A stretch of DNA of 64,000 bases from Planctomycetaceae bacterium UBA7805 (GCA_002480485.1 DLCF01000082.1:5330-69329); one strand, 5' to 3'; numbered from the stretch's first letter, positions 47,938 to 57,235 are shown. Notes: a model not told the origin generated them from the letters alone. Translations and numbers: made by a program.

Positions 47938-49641
47938 TTAAAGACTTGTAAACTGAATGTCCTGATCATGTTTATTTCGACCCACTATTTCGATTTGCTC
48001 AGGGGCAAATCCTTCTTTTCCACGTATTTGCACCGAAATTTCGGCCTCTAGTTCCAACTGGGCAATTTCCCGCCGTTTGCGGTTGTTTAAGTACGTAGCA
48101 ACTTCTTCAGCAACCTGAATGTCAATCTGCACCGCTTCCGGATGGTGGGCGGCACTCATCAGCATCCGTACGGCCTCGATCGCCATACTTTCCGGCGTCT
48201 TTACCACTCCCGAGCCATCGCAACTCGGGCAGTCACGATAGATACTACGCTTTAGTCCAGGCCGAATCCGTTGGCGGGTCATTTCGATCAAACCAAACGG
48301 ACTGGTTCGTAAGATTTTAGTTCTGGCACGGTCCCGCTTAACTGCCTCGCGCAGCACACGTTCAACCCCTCGACGATGCCGCTCTTGTCGCATGTCGATA
48401 AAGTCATTGACGACCACCCCTCCGAGGTCCCGTAATCGCAATTGCCGGGCGATTTCTTTGGCTGCTAACTGATTGATTTGAAACGCGGACTCTTCGGCCG
48501 TCCCATTAGCTCTAAAATTTCCACTGTTTACATCAATTGCTACAAGTGCTTCGGTTTGATCGATGACAATCGAGCCACCCTTCTTGAGCGGAACTTCCCG
48601 CTGGTGGATCATCGATATCTCATCCTCCAAATTGTATTTATTGAAAAGTGGATCCTTGCCACGATGCAGTTGCAGACGACCGACATGGCGGGGCATTACC
48701 ATTTGGAGAAATTCTTTGGCACGGTCAAAAGCATGTGACTCATCCACATGAATCACATCCACCTCACTGCTGAAAATGTCCCGAATCGTGCGGATGATCA
48801 TGTCACTCTCTTCATAGATGTCCACCGGCGCGCGACATTTCTTTACGCGGCGAACAATGACCTTCCATAGCCGTAACAGATAGGCTAAATCTCGGGACAA
48901 TTCTCGCTTCGTTCGCCCAGCTCCCGCGGTACGGATGATAAATCCCAGACCTTTCGGCGGATTTAAATCAAGCAGGATATCACGCAACCGGCGTCGGTCA
49001 TCTTCATCTTCAATTTTTCTTGAGACTCCCACACGACCTAGTGCCGGCATCAATACCAAATACCGACCCGGTATGCTGATATAGGTGGAGAGCGTTGGGC
49101 CCTTATTGCCGATGCCCTCTTTGATGACCTGGACAAGTATCTCGTCGCCCCTCCGCAAAATATCCTGAATGGGTGGTTTTACACGAGGTCGCGCGCCAGG
49201 CCGCACACCACGCCGACCCCGCGGTCGCTTGCCATTGCGTGGGGAATCACCGCTGCCGGTAGTGCTACTATCGTCACCTGCTTCACCACTGTTTTCTGCC
49301 TCAGATTCGTCTCCCCCGCTACCAGTTTCATCAGCGATTTCTTCCCCGCGATAAAATCCGCCACCGCTCTCCATATATTTTGCAGGATCAATCCCTGCTT
49401 GGCGGTAATATTGTGGTTCCACATCGCTGATGTGGAGGAAACCGTTGCGACCTACCCCGAAGTCTACAAATGCTGCCTGAATGGTTGGTTCCAAGTTGAC
49501 CACAACTCCCTTATACACGTTCCCGACGTAATTATCCTGACTTGATCTTTCGATATATAGTTCTTCAAGTACTCCGTCTTCAACGATAGCAATCCGACAC
49601 TCTTCGGGTTGCGAAACATTGATTAACATTTCATTTTTCAT
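47938..49641 (-). CDS. rng: Ribonuclease E/G family endoribonuclease
   Basis: It has an S1 domain (GNVYKGVVVNLEPTIQAAFVDFG), the DNase-I-like region LVAIDVNSG and the Zn-link CPSCDGSG. 567 aa. Confidence 0.85.
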   Translation of the reverse strand: MKNEMLINVSQPEECRIAIVEDGVLEELYIERSSQDNYVGNVYKGVVVNLEPTIQAAFVDFGVGRNGFLHISDVEPQYYRQAGIDPAKYMESGGGFYRGEEIADETGSGGDESEAENSGEAGDDSSTTGSGDSPRNGKRPRGRRGVRPGARPRVKPPIQDILRRGDEILVQVIKEGIGNKGPTLSTYISIPGRYLVLMPALGRVGVSRKIEDEDDRRRLRDILLDLNPPKGLGFIIRTAGAGRTKRELSRDLAYLLRLWKVIVRRVKKCRAPVDIYEESDMIIRTIRDIFSSEVDVIHVDESHAFDRAKEFLQMVMPRHVGRLQLHRGKDPLFNKYNLEDEISMIHQREVPLKKGGSIVIDQTEALVAIDVNSGNFRANGTAEESAFQINQLAAKEIARQLRLRDLGGVVVNDFIDMRQERHRRGVERVLREAVKRDRARTKILRTSPFGLIEMTRQRIRPGLKRSIYRDCPSCDGSGVVKTPESMAIEAVRMLMSAAHHPEAVQIDIQVAEEVATYLNNRKRREIAQLELEAEISVQIRGKEGFAPEQIEIVGRNKHDQDIQFTSL

Positions 49642-49659
49642 TGTCCTTACTTTCTACAT

Positions 49660-50298
49660 TTACAGTTGTACGGCAGTTCTCGTCAGCACCGATCCACGTC
49701 GGGACTCGATGGAGAGATCTAGTAATTCAAGTATGTCTTTCGGTCGGACTCCGGCGTCCTGGGTAGCCTGCAATTGCATCTGCAATTGGCATCCCTCGAG
49801 TCGTAAATTTAGAACGAGCGGTCGAATGTCGATCGTTTGCTCACGACGCGCACGCTCCACGAAATAATTTTTCTCCGCAAGGAAGCGATCAATTTTTACC
49901 GCCACCCGATCTCTAAGATCCGACGGTATCACCACTTCATAGCAGAAGCTCCTGGCTTTGAGTTTTTCGTCACCATCTTTAAGGATTTCAATGTGCTTGA
50001 ATTCCAAACCGCATAGCGATTTTTGATTAAGCCTCTCCTTTAATTGCGCCGGGTCATCTATCGCTATGACCACCAGATCCATCACTTCATTCAAACCGAC
50101 TTGCCCAAAGGATAATGGTTCAGAAAATCGCATCCGAGGACGCGGATGGAACCCTTCACTCATCACCAATTTCAGCCCAGCGCGACGAAATATGCGTTCC
50201 ATTGAACGAATTAAATCTCGATGTCCGAGAAATCGGAGCGATTCATTTTTTGCAAAACGAATACGAATGCGACAGTGTTGGTCTGGTCTAGGATTCAC
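49660..50298 (-). CDS. TIGR03936/DUF2344 family protein (radical-SAM-associated)
   Basis: RIRFAKNESLRFLGHRDLIRSMERIFRRAGLKLVMSEGFHPRPRMRF is the characteristic N-terminal motif of this family. Confidence 0.7.
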   Translation of the reverse strand: MNPRPDQHCRIRIRFAKNESLRFLGHRDLIRSMERIFRRAGLKLVMSEGFHPRPRMRFSEPLSFGQVGLNEVMDLVVIAIDDPAQLKERLNQKSLCGLEFKHIEILKDGDEKLKARSFCYEVVIPSDLRDRVAVKIDRFLAEKNYFVERARREQTIDIRPLVLNLRLEGCQLQMQLQATQDAGVRPKDILELLDLSIESRRGSVLTRTAVQL

Positions 50299-50307
50299 TT
50301 TTGATTA

Positions 50308-52116
50308 TTAAGGCACCAATTCAGGAACCTGCTTGCGGAGTTCTTCTTTTAAATAATTACGAATATCTTGAGAATGTTCCATCGACATTGCACGGCGAGC
50401 AATCCGCTGGCATTGTTTGATATTTACGCTAGATACCACTTTTTTTATTTCCAAAATGGAGGCTGGTGGAACGCTGAAATGCCGTAAACCAAAGCCGAGC
50501 AGAAGCATCGTGTAAAGAATATTACCGCTCATTTGCCCGCAGACATTTACTGGTTTATTGACCCGACCGGCAGCCTGAATAGACATTCGGATCAAGCGCA
50601 GCACAGCCGGTTCACTTGCAGTGTACATTGATGCTACATCTTTATTACTTCGATCCACGGCTAAGGTGTATTGAATCAGGTCATTCGTTCCGATGCTTAC
50701 GAAGTCAACTTCGTCTAGGAACCGCTCTAACATGAGTGCCGTGGCCGGAACCTCGGCCATAATGCCTACTTTAATGTGCCGATCAAAATCAATCTTGCTC
50801 TCTTCTAAATCTTCCATGACATCGGAGAGCAACATTTTTGCCTGCCGTAATTCCTTAAGTGTCGTGATCAACGGAAACATGACCTGAACCTTGCCGAGAG
50901 TGCTGGCTCGTAAGATCGCGCGCAACTGGGTGCGAAAGAGCGGCACATTACGCAGCGTAAGCCGAATACTACGCAGTCCGAGTACGGGATTTTTTTCGTC
51001 TCCCGCATCTGCATCATCCACTAATTTGTCCGCGCCTAAGTCGAGCGTGCGGACACATACCGGCTTGTCTCCCATCGCGAGCAACACTTTCTTATACGCC
51101 TTATAGTGCGTTGATTCGGTTGGCTCTTTTTTGGCATTCAGGTAAAGAAATTCGGTGCGATAGAGGCCAATGCCATCCGCACCACCAGCCTGACACTGAT
51201 CCACTTCGTAGGGAAATTCAATATTTCCATAGAGTTGAATGCGTTCTCCATCAGAGGTCGTGGCCGCCTTCGTTGCGAATGATTTGAGCCGCGCTTCAAC
51301 ACTACGGTGCTCTTCAGCCTCATAGCGATATTTCGCTACGGTTTCCTCATCCGGTTGAAGAATCACGCGGCCCAGATTGCCGTCAATGATGACTAAATCA
51401 CCACCGGATACATCAGTCAGAAAAGGTCCGGTGGCGACCACTGCCGGCAAGCGCATCGCCTCGGCGACAATCGCCGTATGGCTGCCGGGCCCGCCCGCTT
51501 CAGTCACAAAACCCAGGGCATATTTACGATTTAAGTTCGCTGTTTCACTTGGTGTAAGGTTGTGTGCCAGCAAAACCACCGGCGAAGAGAGTTGGCTTAC
51601 ATCTTCTCTACGATCTCGTAAAAGATGTTTTAGAAGTCGCTTTTCTATGTCGAAAATATCCTGTGAACGCTCCTTCATAAACGCATTATCAAGCGATTGA
51701 AAAACCTTTGCGTAGCGACGCATTGTTCGACTGACTGCATATTCGGGAGAATAGTGCTTCTGCCGAATCATGCTCTCTATTTCACGACGCAATCGAGTGT
51801 CGTGCAGCATTTTGAGATGTGCACCAAAAATTGCCCCGTAGTGCTTTCCGAGTTGCTCAGTAACGGTATCCCGATTAGCGGCAATTTCCTGATCCGCACC
51901 TGCGATGGCGTCGGTGAGGCGAGCAATTTCTGCCTGGACCGCATCCCGCGCGACAAATCGCTGTGGGATTCGAAACCCCTCATTGTCAATGACTAAAGCT
52001 TCACCGATGGCAACGCCCGGTGAAACGGCTATTCCTTGCAGTGTCTGCATCAAATCTTGCCAAGCAGAATCGGGCGTGCAAAAAACACGCTCACGCAGCG
52101 GTGTCCCAATAGACAC
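50308..52116 (-). CDS. ptsI: Phosphoenolpyruvate-protein phosphotransferase (PTS Enzyme I)
   Basis: GGPGSHTAIVAEAMRLPAVV (active-site His) and the C-terminal PEP-utilising TIM barrel GTNDLIQYTLAVDR. There is no N-terminal GAF domain. Confidence 0.88.
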   Translation of the reverse strand: MSIGTPLRERVFCTPDSAWQDLMQTLQGIAVSPGVAIGEALVIDNEGFRIPQRFVARDAVQAEIARLTDAIAGADQEIAANRDTVTEQLGKHYGAIFGAHLKMLHDTRLRREIESMIRQKHYSPEYAVSRTMRRYAKVFQSLDNAFMKERSQDIFDIEKRLLKHLLRDRREDVSQLSSPVVLLAHNLTPSETANLNRKYALGFVTEAGGPGSHTAIVAEAMRLPAVVATGPFLTDVSGGDLVIIDGNLGRVILQPDEETVAKYRYEAEEHRSVEARLKSFATKAATTSDGERIQLYGNIEFPYEVDQCQAGGADGIGLYRTEFLYLNAKKEPTESTHYKAYKKVLLAMGDKPVCVRTLDLGADKLVDDADAGDEKNPVLGLRSIRLTLRNVPLFRTQLRAILRASTLGKVQVMFPLITTLKELRQAKMLLSDVMEDLEESKIDFDRHIKVGIMAEVPATALMLERFLDEVDFVSIGTNDLIQYTLAVDRSNKDVASMYTASEPAVLRLIRMSIQAAGRVNKPVNVCGQMSGNILYTMLLLGFGLRHFSVPPASILEIKKVVSSVNIKQCQRIARRAMSMEHSQDIRNYLKEELRKQVPELVP

Positions 52117-52207
52117 CGATCCGTAACTGCCGCCTGCCTGTCGCTGCGTAGAAACCCCTTTTTTGGCATAACGCCAGAATCACAAATGGGCTTCTACTTT
52201 GTTTTAC

Positions 52208-52558
52208 TTATGGTTCCTTGGTTAATTCGTCGACAGAGCTTGTTTCCACAATCTTCGCCAACACCTCAACGGCCGCTTCAGCATCCGGGCCGTGAGCTTC
52301 AATTTCGAGTTGGGTGCCTTGGCTGGCACCTAATGTGGCAATATCGAGCAAGCTTTTTCCATCGACCCGACGATCGCCACTAATGACCTCAATCGTTGAT
52401 TTAAATTCACTCGCCGTTCGCGTGAATACCTCTCCCGGGCGCAAATGCAGGCCCTGAGGATTTTTAACCTCTACAGACTTTTTCGCTTTCAGTTGGTTAT
52501 CACTGTCCACTTCAGAACCTGTCGTCAAGAATGGCGAACTCAAATCACCTGAAGACAA
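52208..52558 (-). CDS. ptsH: HPr family phosphocarrier protein
   Basis: VEVKNPQGLHLRPGEVF (His15 context) and DGKSLLDIATLGA (Ser46 context). An N-terminal extension of about 25 aa may reflect a later non-ATG start. Confidence 0.8.
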   Translation of the reverse strand: MSSGDLSSPFLTTGSEVDSDNQLKAKKSVEVKNPQGLHLRPGEVFTRTASEFKSTIEVISGDRRVDGKSLLDIATLGASQGTQLEIEAHGPDAEAAVEVLAKIVETSSVDELTKEP

Positions 52559-52600
52559 AATACGTTGATTCTTTCCGCTCAGCGGCCAAAAAATGAACCG

Positions 52601-53086
52601 CTAACTTACAAATTGATTGTTATCTGCTTCCTCCAAAAGCTGCCAGATGTCTTCCGCAGTCTTGGACTGTTTGAGAAATCGGCAAAACGTGTCATCCCGT
52701 AACTGTCTTGAAATGTTCTCTAGAGCACGGAGGTGGTCACCTGGACGATCAGGTGGAGAAATTAGTAAAAAGAATAAATGCACTTTTTCTCCGTCCAGGC
52801 TTTTAAAGTCGACACCGTCAATGCTTACTCCAACGGTGCCCACTAGCTTGTCGACACTGGGATGTTTTGTATGGGGCACGGCGACACCGCGACCGATGCC
52901 CGTACTGCCCAACTCCTCTCTTTTGGTGATAGCCTTGATGGTGCTCTCAAGTTCACCTTCTGTGATGGCACCCGCTTCCACCAAAGCGGTGGTCATTTCA
53001 CGAATCACATCCTCTTTACCCACAGCCGATAGATTTGGTCGTATCGCGGTGCTAGTCACGAAGTCAGAAAATTTCATTCCTTCCAA
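52601..53086 (-). CDS. ptsN: PTS IIA-Ntr type protein
   Basis: EELGSTGIGRGVAVPHTKH is the EIIA(Fru/Ntr) active-site His motif. 161 aa. Confidence 0.8.
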   Translation of the reverse strand: MEGMKFSDFVTSTAIRPNLSAVGKEDVIREMTTALVEAGAITEGELESTIKAITKREELGSTGIGRGVAVPHTKHPSVDKLVGTVGVSIDGVDFKSLDGEKVHLFFLLISPPDRPGDHLRALENISRQLRDDTFCRFLKQSKTAEDIWQLLEEADNNQFVS

Positions 53087-53173
53087 TCCTTTTCGTAATT
53101 TCTAATACTTATTTTCAATCCGATTTAATTGAATCGACAAACCCCCACACGCAGCGTGAGCGGGAAGCAATTT

Positions 53174-53533
53174 CTATTGCTGGCGGTCTAGATTTTCAGC
53201 ATCCGTTTCCGAGAGCATTTCCTTTTCTGATTCCGTACGATGACGCTGCTGAATTTTTTCCTTGTACTTGCGGAGTTGACTCTCGATGCGATGCACAACA
53301 CTATCGATGGAGCCCATGAGGTCCGTCCCCCGATCACTGGAGACGAAGTCGTGCTTATGCTCGGCTGAGACTCTCAGGTCAACAGAGGGCATGTGTTCAT
53401 GCTCAAGATCAACCGTCAAATGGATAGAGGTCAAGCGATCAAATATCCGCGTGATTTTAATCACTTTCGCTTCAATTTTTTTTTGACTTGCCTCACTTAA
53501 GTGACCATGACGGGTTGAAATATCAATTTGCAC
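53174..53533 (-). CDS. hpf: Ribosome hibernation promoting factor (RaiA/HPF family)
   Basis: (V/M)QIDISTRHGHLSEASQKKIEAKV...LTVDLEHE. The start is refined to the GTG at 53531-53533, preceded by GGAGGGAGGTGGTTGC (SD). The long ORF-track N-terminus is implausible. Confidence 0.85.
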   Translation of the reverse strand: MQIDISTRHGHLSEASQKKIEAKVIKITRIFDRLTSIHLTVDLEHEHMPSVDLRVSAEHKHDFVSSDRGTDLMGSIDSVVHRIESQLRKYKEKIQQRHRTESEKEMLSETDAENLDRQQ

Positions 53534-53963
53534 GCAACCACCTCCCTCCGCGGTTTCGAGGACACGTCGTCCATGCCCCACACTCCGCCCGTCGTCTCCC
53601 GACTCTTCATTGTAACTTTGGTTCCGTTCGGCAACAAATCCCGAAAATACCGGATTAGGGCATTTATCCTCCTGATAATTGATACTTCTCTGGCACCACG
53701 TAACTCCCTGATCTGGGCCTCTTCGGGTCGTAAATGCCCACACCGCAGCTGGATCCTGCTCCTCTTTTTATCCGCATTCAGCCGCCGTCTCAGGCGGGAT
53801 CGGACCCTTGTAAACCGGCACACCACGTACTAGCCGAGTGACCTGTTTGCATTTAGGATCAGTTAAACTCCGTCGGCCTTCGCCTCCATTTGGTCGAATC
53901 GGGGAAATGCCCTTTTTGCGGTTTAACACTACTCTGACATAACCAAATCAATCGACTAAAAGA

Positions 53964-55241
53964 ATGTCTACTGATTCGTCTAATAATCTTCTTCGCAGTC
54001 ACATAGCCGAACTCCCGCTGGCCGAACTGGCGGCCCGAGAAAAGACACCGTTTTACATTTATGACGAACAAAAAATTATTGAACGCATTCGAGATTTGAA
54101 GGCGTTCGATGTTGTCCGATACGCGCAAAAGGCATGTAGTAATCTTGCTATTCTTAATATTTGCCGTCAGCACGGGGCAGTGGTCGACGCGGTAAGTGCG
54201 GGAGAAATTCTCCGCGCTGAGGCGGCTGGGTTTTCGTCCGCAGGCGATCCCACTCCGATTGTGTACACCGCTGATATTTTTGATCGCTCATCGCTTGAAC
54301 TCGTGCTGGAACGGGGTATCCATACGAATTGCGGATCACCCGATATGCTGATCCAACTGGGTGAGCGAGCGCCTGGCCAAGATGTGACGCTGCGCATCAA
54401 TCCTGGATTCGGCCATGGCCATAGCCAAAAGACTAATACGGGCGGTTCCCAATCGAAACATGGCATCTGGCACAGTGAGTTGGGTGACTGTCTACAGATC
54501 GTCAAAAAGTACGACCTCACAGTGACTGGCCTGCACATGCATATCGGGTCGGGCACCGACCTGGAACACCTTGCCCAAGTCGTGACGGCTATGGAACAGG
54601 CAGCCGGGGTAGTGGGTGCAAGTCTCAAGACGATCAGTGCTGGAGGCGGACTCCCCATCCCGTATGAGGCCAAGGAATCGTATGTTGACCTCGAAGCTTA
54701 TTTTCAACTTTGGGATGCGTCGCGTAAAAGATTGGAGTCCTGTTTTGGGCATCCTCTCGGATTGGAAATTGAACCGGGACGTTATCTAGTCGCGGAGGCC
54801 GGTTTTCTGGTAGCAGAGATCCGTGCGATAAAGAAAATGGATGCGAATTGGTTTTATTTGATTGATGCTGGATTTAATGATCTGGCGCGACCCATTCTGT
54901 ATGGCTCATACCATCCGATGTCGATTTATCACCGCAAGGCAAGATCTGAATCGGTGGCATTACGCGAGGTGATCGTCGGTGGGCCGTTGTGCGAATCGGG
55001 TGACATTTTTACGCAGCAGGAGGGCGGTTTTGTCTGCACTAGAGCCCTCCCTGAGGCTGAAGTGGGTGATCTTCTGGTCATTGAATGTGCCGGCGCCTAC
55101 GGCTCGGTGATGGGCTCGAATTACAATTCGAAGCCGTTAGCAGCCGAGCTTTTAATCCGTGATGGCCAGGTCGTAACCATTCGGGATAGACAAACGTTCG
55201 CTCAAATGACCGCTGGGGAACACAGCCCGATCTCGGGTTGA
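53964..55241 (+). CDS. lysA: Diaminopimelate decarboxylase
   Basis: TPFYIYDE, YAQKACSN (PLP Lys), GLHMHIGSG, EPGRYLVA and CESGD motifs are present. Confidence 0.9.
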   Translation: MSTDSSNNLLRSHIAELPLAELAAREKTPFYIYDEQKIIERIRDLKAFDVVRYAQKACSNLAILNICRQHGAVVDAVSAGEILRAEAAGFSSAGDPTPIVYTADIFDRSSLELVLERGIHTNCGSPDMLIQLGERAPGQDVTLRINPGFGHGHSQKTNTGGSQSKHGIWHSELGDCLQIVKKYDLTVTGLHMHIGSGTDLEHLAQVVTAMEQAAGVVGASLKTISAGGGLPIPYEAKESYVDLEAYFQLWDASRKRLESCFGHPLGLEIEPGRYLVAEAGFLVAEIRAIKKMDANWFYLIDAGFNDLARPILYGSYHPMSIYHRKARSESVALREVIVGGPLCESGDIFTQQEGGFVCTRALPEAEVGDLLVIECAGAYGSVMGSNYNSKPLAAELLIRDGQVVTIRDRQTFAQMTAGEHSPISG

Positions 55242-55260
55242 AACCACACCAAGCTCTGGT

Positions 55261-55815
55261 CTACTTGCCGGCTACGCTTCCAGATAACCAGAGCCTGCTC
55301 AAGCGGTTTGTGGTCCCCGGTGAAATTTCCGCAACCTCTTTCATCTCGACATGGGAATCATAAAAAACAACATTTACTAAATCAAAATGACGGGGGGCCA
55401 CCGATTGATTCCAGTGACCGATGAGTTGCTGTTCCATCAAATTGACAACCATGTCGTCAAAATCAAGAAATGAAATTCTGCTTGCATCTTCATCGTTGAA
55501 AGCAACAATCTGCGGATTGATTCCGTAGCTTGCAGCGGCCGGTGGCTGCCTGTCGTCACTCGGACAGTGTTCAATGATTGCCCCGTCACTCAAACGCGAG
55601 GCCAACAACTGCGGCCAATTTGTCAGATCCAAGACTGATAAAGGGTCATTAGGTTCTCGAATTGCTAGAACCAACTTGACTTGATGTGATTGGCAGGTTA
55701 CCGACCGGGATTCTTCTCTAGAAATCAGCAACGCGGGTAGGATCAGGACCGAAATCAGACCCAGGCAAATGAGTACAACTAAAATCTCAATCGGTGTGAT
55801 TCGAAAATCACTCAC
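55261..55815 (-). CDS. Degenerate prepilin-like / DUF1559-like protein
   Basis: GTG start abutting the upstream stop (TAAGTG). The N-terminal hydrophobic helix is FRITPIEILVVLICLGLISVLILPALLISREESR, and a C-terminal FYDSHVEM resembles the DUF1559 H-x9-DG region. The canonical G/F-x3-E cleavage motif is not intact. Confidence 0.45.
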   Translation of the reverse strand: MSDFRITPIEILVVLICLGLISVLILPALLISREESRSVTCQSHQVKLVLAIREPNDPLSVLDLTNWPQLLASRLSDGAIIEHCPSDDRQPPAAASYGINPQIVAFNDEDASRISFLDFDDMVVNLMEQQLIGHWNQSVAPRHFDLVNVVFYDSHVEMKEVAEISPGTTNRLSRLWLSGSVAGK

Positions 55816-56304
55816 TTAGTCTTTCTCCTGGCGATGGAGCGCGGCATGTGACGCATCATCGATTGGACGATTATCAAATCTTTTTTGTTGCGAAAATTCG
55901 ATCTCCTCCACGTATTTAACATTGGCACATTCATCAATCTCAGTCGCTTGGCATGCTGTATGATCCCGAATAAAAAATCGGACGGGACCGCCTGCCGTGA
56001 CAGGCAGCGGTTGATTTTTATCACGATAAATAAGCATTCCCCGCTCATAGACCGCTTCAAGAGGCAGGCTCGCATGAAAGTCATCGCGCTCGCTATGTAG
56101 CGTGATGTATTTGGCACCAGGTAAGACTTCGGCAACCTCGAGAATTCCGCGCAACCAGATCGCCCCACCACTTCTTTTGGAATCGACTTGGCTGACATCG
56201 TCAATCTGCCAATGCGAATCGATCGCAGCAAGATCTTTCCAGGTGAAGACCTGTTTTCCAACAACATCTCCGGCAATTTTTAGGAGTACGGGTGAATCCA
56301 TCAC
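55816..56304 (-). CDS. Oxidoreductase molybdopterin-binding-domain-like protein (short form)
   Basis: The pattern LLKIAGDVVGKQVFTWKDLAAI...GAIWLRGILEVAEVLPGAKYITLHSERDDFHASLPLEAV...MLIYRDKNQPLPVTAGGPVRFFI matches the YedY/sulfite-oxidase Moco-domain consensus. No Cys ligand is evident. Confidence 0.55.
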   Translation of the reverse strand: MMDSPVLLKIAGDVVGKQVFTWKDLAAIDSHWQIDDVSQVDSKRSGGAIWLRGILEVAEVLPGAKYITLHSERDDFHASLPLEAVYERGMLIYRDKNQPLPVTAGGPVRFFIRDHTACQATEIDECANVKYVEEIEFSQQKRFDNRPIDDASHAALHRQEKD

Positions 56305-56372
56305 ATTGCCCTCGGTGATTTGAGCGATTTCATAAAAGCCTTTTGAGATGTCATTCAGGTATTAAATCAGTG

Positions 56373-56693
56373 TCAGTCACTCGATGGGACTACAGATATT
56401 TCCTCACTCGGGAGCATCATAATTTTACCATCACCGATCCGACCCGTACGGGCAACATCAATTAATTTGCGGACTACCTCCTCAGCGCGGGCATCATCCA
56501 CCCAAAGTGTGATCTCAACTTTCGGCAAGAAAGCGTGCGAATATTCGGTATCACCATACTCATCGAGATAACTCTTTTGTCTTCCGTGCCCCTTAACCTC
56601 TTGAACATTGAGTGCTTCAAGCGGTGCGCGGCGTAAAGCCGTTAAAATTTTTTCGGCCAGATACGGTTTAACGATGGCGATAATTTGTTTCAC
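56373..56693 (-). CDS. glnB: P-II family nitrogen regulatory protein
   Basis: It aligns by eye with GlnB/GlnK: MKQIIAIVKP..., T-loop GHGRQKSYLDEYGDTEYSHAFLPK (Tyr51 equivalent conserved) and RTGRIGDGKIMM. Confidence 0.8.
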   Translation of the reverse strand: MKQIIAIVKPYLAEKILTALRRAPLEALNVQEVKGHGRQKSYLDEYGDTEYSHAFLPKVEITLWVDDARAEEVVRKLIDVARTGRIGDGKIMMLPSEEISVVPSSD

Positions 56694-56735
56694 GTTACTG
56701 GGGTAATATGCGTCTGGCCCGCGCAGGGAAACTGA

Positions 56736-57137
56736 CTAGCTAAAAAAGTTTTCGCCAAACAGATCGATTACTGGCCCAGTCTCGATTTCCACATCCCCTT
56801 CGATGCGAGTCATACAGGCTAACCGCATAGTCTCCTCATTACCGATGTAAGCCAGACAAGGAAGTGGGTCTGGCATAGGGGTCGGGAGCGGCGTTTTAAA
56901 TTTCAGTTTCTCCCGAACAGTGAGTGGGTTTGTATTCTCCATACCTTGTGTCACATTGACGCGACAGGTTCCACACATTCCAAATCCGTGACAGTTAAAT
57001 AGCGCATTGAGTTTCGCACCAAAACCGTTAAAGCCGTCATAAATATTGACGCCTGCTTTTTGAGCTGCCGTGCGTAGGTCGGTTCCGACCGGCACCTCAA
57101 TTTCTTTCTTTTCTTTTGTGAACTTGACAATAGGCAT
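56736..57137 (-). CDS. 2Fe-2S ferredoxin-like protein
   Basis: The beta-grasp N-terminus is MPIVKFTKEKKEIEVPVGTDLRTAAQKAGV. The Cys cluster is CHGFGMCGTCRV plus a distal LACMT. Confidence 0.7.
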   Translation of the reverse strand: MPIVKFTKEKKEIEVPVGTDLRTAAQKAGVNIYDGFNGFGAKLNALFNCHGFGMCGTCRVNVTQGMENTNPLTVREKLKFKTPLPTPMPDPLPCLAYIGNEETMRLACMTRIEGDVEIETGPVIDLFGENFFS

Positions 57138-57235
57138 GGGCGGATATTGGGTAACGATATAAATAGCTAGCGGTTTTTGGAACGATTTAACTATCTTAAT
57201 CTACCCGATGGCGACGTCGTGGGCCAAGACCGCGT

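Noticed and set aside
53744-53963. A possible lysine riboswitch (L-box) upstream of lysA.
   Set aside because: I could not recognise the conserved L-box helices or core motifs in the 220-nt leader. The region also serves as the divergent hpf promoter.
55812-56276. A 154 aa ORF in an alternative frame overlapping 55816-56304.
   Set aside because: The other frame gives a translation that matches the Moco-domain consensus and abuts the next gene's start. This frame is Arg/Ser/Leu-rich, with no motif.
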